Source: Zootoca vivipara
Taxonomy: Eukaryota
Direction of reading: 5' to 3'
Length of the DNA stretch: 64,000 nucleotides
NCBI RefSeq assembly: GCF_963506605.1
Contig: NC_083291.1
Location: 24,428,001-24,492,000, forward strand
In this document: positions 23,496 through 33,585 of the stretch, piece by piece
Layout of the letters: every line of letters begins with the position of its first letter
Numbering within the stretch: the stretch's first letter is position 1
The notes under the pieces: generated by a model
What the model was told of the DNA's origin: nothing
Databases searched by the model: none
What the model saw: the letters and a program-made list of their open reading frames with translations, nothing else
Made by a program: the position numbers and the translations under genes

Positions 23496-26229
23496 TCCAG
23501 CACCGTTACCAGTCTTCTACCTAAGAGCAGCTCGGCTGGCGACTTGCCATAAATTGGTCAAGCAGGGAGTTCTCTCACCCGTGGACTCTGCTAAGTGGGA
23601 GACTCCAATCGTCACACCCCTTAAAGCAAATGGGGAAGTCAGGATCTGTGCAGATTACAAATGTACTATCAATAAGGCACTCAGGGGAAACTCATACCCC
23701 ATTCCGGTCGTATCACATCTGTTGGCTAAACTGGCTGGGGGCAAGGTGTTTGCCAAAATTGACCTGGCACAAGCTTACCAACAGCTGCCAGTAACCCCAC
23801 AATCAGCGGAAGCACAGACTATTGTCACACATAAAGGGGCGTTCAGAGTTAACAGATTACAGTTCGGAGTTTGTGTGGCCCCAGGGATTTTTCAAGGGCT
23901 CATGGAACGCCTGTTAAGAGGTCTGCCGGGGGTCTTGCCATTTTTTGATGACGTTTTGATTGCTGGAAAAGACCCACAGGAACTGGTTGCGCGTGTCCGT
24001 GCAGTGTTGCTCAAGTTCAAGGAGGTGGGGTTGCAGCTGAAAAAGGAAAAATGCAGTTTTGGGGTGCCAACGGTGGATTTCTTGGGGTTTAAAATTGATG
24101 CATCAGGCATCCACCCCACAGATGCTAAGATTAAGGCCATCATCGAGGCACCACGACCACAGAACAAGACGGAGTTGCAGTCATTCCTGGGACTTATTAA
24201 CTTTTATCATTCGTTCTTACCCCAGAAAGCTTCGGTAGCTGAACCATTACATAGACTATTGCAGAAAAAGAAAGTGTGGCGATGGGGGCGGGAGCAGCAG
24301 AAGGCTTTTGACTCCTTGCGAGGAATGCTGAGTAGCAGGAGCGTCCTTGCTCATTATGATGAGTCAAAGCCGCTGGTCCTGGCATGTGATGCCTCTCAAT
24401 ACGGTCTGGGGGCTGTGCTGAGTCATAGGGAACCGGATGGGTCGGAAAAGCCCATCTCTTTCTATTCCCGTACGTTGTCGCCCACGGAGCGCAACTATGC
24501 TCAAATTGATAAAGAGTCACTGGCTATTGTGTCCGGAATCAAAAGGTTCTATGATTATTTGTACGGTCGCCATTTCTCCATTGAAACGGACCACAAACCA
24601 CTGTTAGGGTTGTTCAACCCAAACAAACAAACGCCACAAATTCTCTCCCCCAGAATGTTGCGTTGGTCAATATTCCTGAATGGGTTCCAGTACACCTTGA
24701 CCCATGTGCCGGGGAAACAGTTGTGCCATGCTGATGCGCTGAGTCGATTGCCCCTTCCTGGCGGGAGCAATGAGGATCCTGCTCCGGCGGAGCACATTAT
24801 GATGCTAGAAACACTTCCGGGGGCTCCTGTAACAGCTACGGATATAGCTGAGAAAACGAGGAAAGATGCTGTTCTCTCCCGTGTGCTCACTTGGGTGGGG
24901 AGGGGGTGGCCAGGTGGTCCGCATGAAGAAAAATTCAGGCCTTATGCGACAAGGCAGCACGAATTGTCCATGCATAAGGGTTGTCTCCTATGGGGAGATA
25001 GGGTGATCATCCCAGCACCACTGAGAAACAGGGTTCTTGAGACGCTTCACATGGGACACCCGGGAATGGTCAGGATGAAGTCACTAGCCCGATGTTATGT
25101 GTGGTGGCCTGGAATGGACCAGAACATAGAACAATGGGTACGAACATGCAAGGCATGCCAAGAGGTGCGGCCAGAAGTGGCCAGAGCACCAGTCCACTGG
25201 TGGGAGCAGTCCAGGACTCCCTGGAGCCGGCTGCACATAGATTTTGCTGGGCCATTCCAAGGGAAGGTCTTTTTGGTTATCGTTGATGCATATTCCAAAT
25301 GGTTAGAAGTGGCGATGGTCCCTAGCATGGCATCAGCTGCCGTAATCAAGGTGTTGAGGCAGCTGTTTGCTACCCACGGGTTACCTGAGACCATTGTATC
25401 AGATAATGGGGCAGCTTTTGTATCCCAAGAATTCAGGGCATTCTTGGCTGATAACTTTATAAGAGGGGTCACATCCGCGCCCTTTCACCCATCCTCCAAT
25501 GGGCAGGCTGAGCGCATGGTAAGAACAGCCAAAGAATCCATTGCGCGCTTAATGGAGGGTAACTGGTCGGCTCGCATTGCGCGAATGTTATTTTTGCAGC
25601 ATGCGACGCCGTGTACTGCGACGGGCAAGTCGCCAGCCGAGCTGCTCTTAGGTAGAAGACTGGTAACGGTGCTGGATTATGTCCACCCAGATAAAATGCC
25701 AAACCGTAATTCAAGAGCAACCCCCCAGGCTGAGACTGACACAACAAGGTATCTCGCCCCTGAAGATCTGGTCTGGGTGAGGAACTATTCACGAGGTCCG
25801 CGGTGGGTGGCTGGTGTGATCACCCGGGCTAGTGGACCTGTGTCTTATTATGTGACCTTGGAAAATGGGCAAGTTTGGAAGAGACATATAGATCAGCTGA
25901 GGCGCCGGGCGCTCAGCAGGGAGGAGTCAGATAATTCATCCCTGGCTAATGACGCACAGCTGCGAGACCAGAGTGAAGATGGCCCAGAGGTGCAGTCACC
26001 AGGGGCTTCAGCAAATGAACCAGGGTCTGCTAGTCCTCATGATGACGAGGTACAGGTCGGGGACCCTGAGATGTCTGGGACTCCATCTGTTCCTGATGAA
26101 ACCCCTATAGCAGCCCCTCCACCACAGGTAACACCCAATCCAGAACCTGCAACACCTGTTGTCAGGAGATCAGGTAGAAGTTGTAGGACCCCACAGTACC
26201 TGAGGGATTACGTCTGCTGTGCTCACTAG
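23425..26229 (+). CDS. pol: Pol (RT, RNase H, integrase) lacking protease
   Basis: RT motifs VRICADYK, KIDL.QAYQQ, RLQFG, FFDD. RNase H motifs CDAS, IDKE, TDHKPL, ADALSR. Integrase HHCC (LHMGH...CKAC) and DDE (HIDF, SDNG, AERMV). Native homology starts near 23549; first in-frame ATG at 23425. Confidence 0.92.
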   Translation: MSGRVVVSGLLLNYGLAFYLGGHNPAPLPVFYLRAARLATCHKLVKQGVLSPVDSAKWETPIVTPLKANGEVRICADYKCTINKALRGNSYPIPVVSHLLAKLAGGKVFAKIDLAQAYQQLPVTPQSAEAQTIVTHKGAFRVNRLQFGVCVAPGIFQGLMERLLRGLPGVLPFFDDVLIAGKDPQELVARVRAVLLKFKEVGLQLKKEKCSFGVPTVDFLGFKIDASGIHPTDAKIKAIIEAPRPQNKTELQSFLGLINFYHSFLPQKASVAEPLHRLLQKKKVWRWGREQQKAFDSLRGMLSSRSVLAHYDESKPLVLACDASQYGLGAVLSHREPDGSEKPISFYSRTLSPTERNYAQIDKESLAIVSGIKRFYDYLYGRHFSIETDHKPLLGLFNPNKQTPQILSPRMLRWSIFLNGFQYTLTHVPGKQLCHADALSRLPLPGGSNEDPAPAEHIMMLETLPGAPVTATDIAEKTRKDAVLSRVLTWVGRGWPGGPHEEKFRPYATRQHELSMHKGCLLWGDRVIIPAPLRNRVLETLHMGHPGMVRMKSLARCYVWWPGMDQNIEQWVRTCKACQEVRPEVARAPVHWWEQSRTPWSRLHIDFAGPFQGKVFLVIVDAYSKWLEVAMVPSMASAAVIKVLRQLFATHGLPETIVSDNGAAFVSQEFRAFLADNFIRGVTSAPFHPSSNGQAERMVRTAKESIARLMEGNWSARIARMLFLQHATPCTATGKSPAELLLGRRLVTVLDYVHPDKMPNRNSRATPQAETDTTRYLAPEDLVWVRNYSRGPRWVAGVITRASGPVSYYVTLENGQVWKRHIDQLRRRALSREESDNSSLANDAQLRDQSEDGPEVQSPGASANEPGSASPHDDEVQVGDPEMSGTPSVPDETPIAAPPPQVTPNPEPATPVVRRSGRSCRTPQYLRDYVCCAH

Positions 26230-26240
26230 GGGGGGAGGGG
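26228..26240 (+). other. Polypurine tract
   Basis: An uninterrupted 13-nt A/G tract directly before the 3' LTR, overlapping the pol stop codon. Confidence 0.9.
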
Positions 26241-26591
26241 TGTTGTGTATTGAGTCAAAGGATTTTATATCTGTATTATTATTGTCTGTATTTGCATTAG
26301 GATAAAGTAACTGCCTTTTGGTTCCAGAGGGTACAGCTACTATTGGTTCATTTAAGCTGCTGTATTTGGATCCTCTGTCTTATTGGTTTCCTCCAAAAGG
26401 CAGCACTGTGATTGCTTGATATTGTTCCCTCCAAAATGTATCCCTTCCTAGCTAGTCCCCTGTCCCTATAAATGTAGCTTTCCTCTCCTCAGTCTTCAGT
26501 CTTGTTCACTTTAATAAAGAGCTGTTACTAGAGAACTGTCTCCAGCATGTTATGTCAAGAGAGCTGAAATCACAAACCCCACGTCACAACA
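26241..26591 (+). repeat. 3' LTR
   Basis: 351 bp, apparently identical to 22268-22618. Confidence 0.97.
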
Positions 26592-29500
26592 ACCACTGAT
26601 TCTTCAAGACTGTGTGCATGTTTTCTAGCTGAAATCTGCTTGGGCTTTAGGAGCCAGTATATCTGAAATTGTCTGCTGTTATAAAAAAAGAGGTTTGAAA
26701 AACTGCTGCTTTAAGTGCATCAAGAAAAACAGGTGACAGAAAAACTTCACTTCTGAGTATTGCCTTCAGTTTCTTAGTGTGATTGTGACTTCACAAGTAA
26801 CATTTTTAATGTGCTATTTTAAGCATTTTCCAGTTTGCAGCTCCCTTCTCACTTATTTTGACTAACCTTTGTTTTAAATCCAGTCATTAGTTATTCTCTA
26901 TCTGTGGCATCAACAACATAAACTTTCCTCCACAGAGTGTTTTCACTGAAAATAGTGTCTGCAGCTGATGAAATGTGCCCACCCCCACCCTACATCTGAT
27001 CAATGATTCTCTTTGATTTGTGCTTCACTTCCTGGATTCTCCACAGGAAAGTGTGTTTCCTGTTAAAGAGCTGCTTCCCTATCAGTTTATTTAATTAGAA
27101 TTTACCATATTTCAACATCTTGCAGTTCACTAGCAACATCCCTTCAGTTGCCTTACCCATACGAATTGTTATGTACTGACAGGTATTATGCTGGATAAAC
27201 TAGAGCTGATTAAAGGCAATGGGTATAGGGCTGTAGGGCTGCTCTGGAACACAGGGGGAAATGATGGTGATGATTATTTTAGACTGGTGGATTTATAAAG
27301 TTAGGTGAATTTATCTGAATATATTTCTAGATTTAGAAAGCTCTGCAGCATATTCTACAGATCATACATAGGCAGAGCCTAGAAAGGCACAAATATAACT
27401 GCATTTTAAAGGCAATACAATAACATTAGAATCTGATTTATCCTGCTTTCTTCCTCCCATTACTCTGCTAAAGAACTGCTCTGCAGAATGTTCTTACTCC
27501 TGTGAAGTAAAAAAACAACATACAAATATTCTTTCTTTTTAGTTTCTCTTCATTTTTTCCTTATTTTGTGGTGTCTACCAACTTTGCCCTTTAATATTTT
27601 AAGTTCTGATTTTTATAGCCACCTCTTCATCCCTACCCTTTCTATTTCCATAACAACTCCAAAGATATTCTATTGTGGCACCTTGATCTGAGCATGCTCC
27701 AGTGAGTTTCATTGTTGTACCCTTACTCTAATTCTATGCTTTTCCCCAAAAGTTTTTACTTTTCAGTTGATATTTTAGAGCCTCTTATTAGCATGGAACT
27801 GATTGAAGGATTATTAATATTGATTTCTTGGTAAAAGGTGCCTAGTTTTAATTATGATATTACTTGGTACCTATTTCTCTCAAGGATACCAGGTAGTTTT
27901 GTGGCTCTGTTGTTACTTTATCAAAGTCAACCAAACTGTCCATTTTAATAAAATAGCACTATCTGGAAATTGAAATGTGTCACTACCTAAATATTTTCCA
28001 CACTTAAAATAGTTTACTTTGATTCAGGAAGGAGCACAGTCCATATGATTTAAGAAATTCTATAATCCAGCTTCCAGTAGTGGTAGTTTTTCTTTTCTTT
28101 TCTTGCATTCTTCTGATGTATGATTCCTAAAACTACAGGAGGTGTTGAAGAAGAACTTTTCTAAAGTGGATTTTGTGTTTTTGTTAATGTACCCCTTCAA
28201 CGCTTGCAAAGGGAGGGGAGACTGCTTGGGAGTCTGTGACAAAAGGCTTGGGAAATGAGCATCTCTCCTAACAACTGTAGCTTCCAGCACTGTGTATATT
28301 CACTTGACTTGAGAGTTCTGACATTTCAGCACAGTATAGAACTGAACTATTATTGCTCCATAAAATAACTTGGAACCTGTAAATGAAAATACTGTTGTAT
28401 GTATCTTTTTAAAATTAAATGACATTTCTGTGCCAGAGAGGCAGGTTTCATTGCTTTCTAAAAGGCAAAGAAGTTGCAAAAATGCTGTTTAGTAATGTTC
28501 CCCGGAGGTAAGACCAGATAGGAAATAATTTTATAGGGCTAGTGAAACTGCATTTTGTGTATTTTTTACATCAGGCAGAAGAATATTCAAAATGTGAAGT
28601 AAGTGTATATCACATATAAAAAAGAAATACTGTCAGTGGTTGCATTATTATGCTGTAACCTACACTGCATTTTATTTTAAAACATTTCTCAGCTGCTCTA
28701 GTGTAACACATACACTACATTTTATTTTAAAACATTTCTCAGCTGCTGTTTTGAAGCTTAAGGTGGTTTACACAATTAAAACAAAAATGAAAATACAGAA
28801 TAGACAGCAACTGGGGATGGGGGCAGGGGGGAGAGCAAGCCAAAACCCAAACAGAATAGATGTGCTTTACAACCCTTCCTAAAGGCTAATATGGAGTGGG
28901 AGCCACACCTCTTGGGAGAGATCATGCCCATAGCATTGGGGAAAATGTATATTGATTGCTTCTAGCTGCAACAGTTTGTATTTCATGTGTAGAAGGAAGA
29001 CAAAGCAGGGTCCGAGTAAATGACTGAAGATGGCACGGAGAACTATCTAGACATAGAATCCAGAACAGACAAAATCAGTGTGCCTTTAATTCATTTAGTT
29101 CACAAAATGTTTTCCAGGAAACTCTGTGATTCTTTAGAAGCTCCTAAATGAGATCAGAAATGATGAGCTGACTTAGGGGATCATTTGCCTGCCCACCATC
29201 AGTCGTGTGTGTGTGTGTGTGTTATGCCAGGCATTCAGTTGATCTTTGATGGTGCTGAGGCCTGAAAGATATGTCAGCTGAGCATGCAACCTAGAACATG
29301 CCTTAGCAGGAAACTCATTGTGTAGAGTGGACTCTGAAAGTAAAGCGTTCAAAAACCACAGGCACAACTTTACAGCTGAAAAATTATACAAAAACCTATT
29401 CCTAGACATTCTTCACTGTTCCCCAACCCCAATGTATATTATCATCTTTTTATGTTTTTCCATGTCTCTCCATGCTTCTTGCTACATTCCTTTTGGAGCT

Positions 29501-31476
29501 AGTTATTATTTTGGTCCTGTTAGACTGAAACAGAAAGTTTGCTTTTAAAAAAGAAATGTGTCCCTTTCTTTAGGCTGTGTTTTGTGACTGGCTACATAAT
29601 TTGTTTGGGGCTGTTCTCTTGGAAGAAGGTATCACTTCGCTTTACCTCAGGATATACTGTATACTCAGCAGATGTAGAGAAGAGGAAATGACGACAATAT
29701 TTATTATTGGTATCTTATTTGCTTGGTATCTATGGAATGTGAGAGAGATTTTTTAAAAGGTTCAGGAGAAAAATATTGTTTTCAAATTGTTTATGATTAT
29801 ATAGAGCATTTCCTAATGTAGTCTTTTTTCTGTCTGCTGCATTTTCATTACTGAAGTTAGCCAAATTCAGCAACACCCCAGCAAAAAATAACCTTGGGGT
29901 GTACATGTGTGGAAGAGTGATAAGGTTTTTTTATTTCTTTATAATGGTGTAGCATCAGAAACAGGGCAAATGTGAGTGTTTGATGCTCCTCATGTGAATG
30001 TCATAGGCACTGATCAATAGGTGCCTGTGATACTAGTGCAATAGTAGTAAAATGCCTTTGTCACAGATTTGCACTTGATAGGGCAAGTACGAATTTACCA
30101 ATGAAACTGCTTGCTGAGATGGCGTAATGTGTGCATGCACACATGTGCCTGCCTATCTGGTAATCATCCACATCTGGAACAATCGTAAATATTTCTGAAT
30201 GAATTATGAAAAATTACCAGTGAAACATGCCCCCATGCACTAGGTTTGTGTTTAATCAAGGGGATAGCTTCCCTGGCTTTTTCACACCACTGCCACAGTG
30301 CAGCAATGTCTGCTCTGATCTTGACTTCTGGTCTTTCCCAGTCTATGCTATCCACTACAACTTATTTCCACCTGAACTAATATAGCTGCTTGTGGTTCCC
30401 ATGGTGACTGGCATTAGCATTAGATAATGCCATGTTCTGTTGCAGCTGCCAACAAAAGCCAGGCTCCTATCCTGGTATTTTTGGCTTACTCTCTGCTCTA
30501 GTGCTGGCTGCTATTATGAGGTATGCTTTGTGCCACATGTTTCAACAGTTACATAAAACGTCCCGATTTTTTAAAGCGTATTAAAATTGCTACAGTAATT
30601 TTTGACTACTTGTGTACCAGGTTTTCTCTTGTGGAATAATGGCAACAATTTTGATGTCCCTTTGACTTGAGTGAGTTGGTGGGGCAAAGAAGTATTTGTG
30701 TATTTGTACATTTTCAATGCACTCTCAATCTTCTATTGTTGAAGGGGTGGGCTCTCTTTTGGCAGGGAGGTGTTTCTGTCAACTGCAAGGGCTCTACTGC
30801 TGTGGAGGCTTCGGCTTTGCCCAGGCAGGTGGAAGGCTACTGCTGGCAATAGGAAGTGTGGGAGACCAGGGCATTTTGGGGCAGGCAACCAGAGGCGTAC
30901 CTAGGCTCCTTTGCATCCTTGGTAAGCAGCTGTATTGACACCTCTGAAGCCGGGAGAGACCATGGACAAGAAACTGAAAAAAAGGTTGTTTTTTGTCTTT
31001 TGCACTACACCAGCGACTTCCTCCGTGGAAGGAACTTCCTCCACCTCCCTCTCCTCCTCCATTGGTCCATCTGCCTGCCTGCCTGCCTTCATGTGGCGGC
31101 CCATGCCAGCAGCCAGATTCCTCTGTTGAGGTGCCCGGAAGAGCCTGTGTTCCTTGCCTGGCCACTCAGAGAAGTAGAGGAGTGGCCCCAGAACACACAG
31201 ATGGGTGGAGTCCTAGCCACTCCGAGCCAGAGTAGAGAGGTACAATTTATCACCAAACTTAAAACTACGGAGAAACCTGGTCTAAATAAAGACATTGGAT
31301 TCTTATCTCATTATACATGATAAAGCTATCTTTAACCATCTCACCCCTTGCTTTTCCTGTGGGACCAATCGTAAACAGTCGTAAATTCTTCCTGTAAGAC
31401 CAAATGCAGCCATAAACAGTCCGGCCCCTCCCCACCCTCTCACTATATGTGGGGATCTGGTGACTTCCGTTTCAGT

Positions 31477-31570
31477 GTATCTGAAGAAGTGTGCATGCAC
31501 ACAAAAGCTCATACCAATGACAAACTTAGTTGGTCTCTAAGGTGCTACTGGAAGGAATTTTTTTTATTCT
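31477..31570. mobile_element. Penelope-like short fragment
   Basis: CTGAAGAAGTGTGCATGCAC...AAAGCTCATACC...TTGGTCTCTAAGGTGCTACTGG, the same family as 38810-38980. The family name is from recall of reptile Penelope-like ends. Confidence 0.55.
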
Positions 31571-33585
31571 GTTGTCTTAGTTAAAGAAACAATATATATG
31601 ATTCTTGGTTTGTTTTTTAGAGCAATCTGTTGAGCAAATCTGTTATTTTGTAATGTTTGAGTGCTCAGTCTTTTGACCCTATGCTATATCTATATACATT
31701 TTCATTCTATTAAAATCAAGGGAAACATCCAAGCCTTTAAGTCAAATTGGGCAACTTGCTTTAAAAAAATCTATCCCCTTTCAACTCTCCCCATTGTGTG
31801 TTGGTGGTGGTGTTTGCACTTCACTGCTTTTGATCTGTCGTCAGTGTTGTATCCTCATGAGTTTTGTATTGGTGCCTCTTTCGGAGGGGGCAGCCACAGC
31901 CACCACTACTTATTTGCATAAAATAATGTCACTGTGAAAATTGCTGATTAAAAAATTGCTGATTAATTAGCCTTGAGGTTGAGCTTTAAAAATGCAGCTG
32001 GGAAGCGAATATAGCAGCCAAAGTACTTTGAAAAATAGACAGGCATACTATTGTCAGCCAAAGTGATTGGCTGATCCTAGCTCAGTGGAGGAAAGTATTG
32101 CAAGAAGAGAAATGGAAAAGTGTCTTTCTCTTCTCTTCAGTCTGACCCCCCTCTTTTTATAAGACCCTGCATGAAAGTGGCCTCCCTAACTCTTCCCCAC
32201 TGGCTCACATGGGACCAGCGCAGATAGTTGGGCCTAGTGAGCACTTAGTGCTCCCAACCCATATAGTTGTGACTTGTGGGTTGCCATCTGTTTTTATTCT
32301 GATCTTAATCTGATTTTAAGCTGTATTTTAATCAATTGTTTGACTTGTTTGGTGTATTGTACCGGTATATTTTGATGTTCGCTGCCCTGAGCCCGGTCCT
32401 GGCCGGGGAGGGTGGGGTATAAGTAATTATTATTATTATTATTACTCTCCTGTGATTTTACTAGTACCCTCATTTTTGGAGTCAAATGTGACTGTTTTGA
32501 ATTATTTTCAATTGGCCATTTATATGTATATTTAATTTAATAGCACAATGGTAATGGCTCCCAGTTGGTTTGACAGCACTTATATCTTACACCAGGTCTT
32601 GGGCACCACTCAAGCTGAAGTCCAGGTTGCCACCCCTCTGGTCAGTACCAGGACCACTGTTCTAGGGCACAGTCACTTAAGATACATAGAACTTCACTTA
32701 AGATACATAGAACTTTTATCTCTTAGTCAGTGTTGGAACACACATGTAGCCAGTCCATGTGCAGCTAGTTAAAGGCTCCCATTACTACAACATTTCCTCT
32801 TTTGGATGCTTCATTGATTTCAGCTTTCATCTCAAGATCTCTGAGCATTTTGATACCATGTTCACATTAATAATTTTTTGGGACCTGGTATCACTGCCCA
32901 CAACAATTTTATGGAGGAATATTCCCCTTTTAGAATTTCTGGCTTACTGGCCTTAGTGTCCTTTCTGACATACAGAGCAACATCACCTCCAGTGAGTCCT
33001 TGCTGTAGAGTTCTCTCCATTCTACCAGATTTCTGTTATGCCCATTATATCAATGCTGTCCTGCAAAACTAAATACTCCCATTTATGGCTCTGTTGGTTC
33101 TTGGGTTCACAGAAGAAAGCCAGTCTAGGACCATGTAACACCCCCCATACCCTATTTATAATAGGTTAGAACTCATAAAAGCATCAACAATAGGATCTAA
33201 TTTAAAGAGTAAAATACTTTTAAATGTGACTTGGATTCCCCCCCCCCAAAATCTATGGTTCTTAGATTGGTTATTGTTTTGTAGAATGAACCTTAAAGCT
33301 TGTTGGAATCGATATTGGCCATATTACCCTAGTGTCTTTCTGATGCACCTACCCAACAAGGGAAAGTGTCTCTTTCAAAATAATTTTTTGAAAGGAATAT
33401 AAATAGCTTTGGGAATCTTTGCCTGTCAAAATGTTGTGCTAGGCTTAGCAACAGTTGCTAATCTAGGTCCACCCAATGAGAAAATAAATTCTGAAATTGG
33501 CCTGCCAGCCACATCTAGATAGTAATTACTATAAAAGCAGATGGGTTTCTTTGCCTTCCCATTAAGACAGTTTGCCCTATGTTTA

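Larger units (their letters stand above)
22268..26591 (+). mobile_element. Ty3/Gypsy LTR retrotransposon (K02A2.6-like, probably Mag group), internally rearranged
   Basis: Two 351-bp LTRs (TG...CA), PBS, gag, RT-RNaseH-integrase order and PPT. Confidence 0.97.

Noticed and set aside
25469-25792. Antisense ORF sharing 33 aa with the pol ORF N-terminus
   Set aside because: Fully explained by the 100-bp inverted duplication; not an independent gene.
30690-31317. Possible solo LTR or other repeat (ends AATAAA...ACA) with several short ORFs
   Set aside because: No 5' boundary, TSD or second copy could be found; unsupported without a database search.
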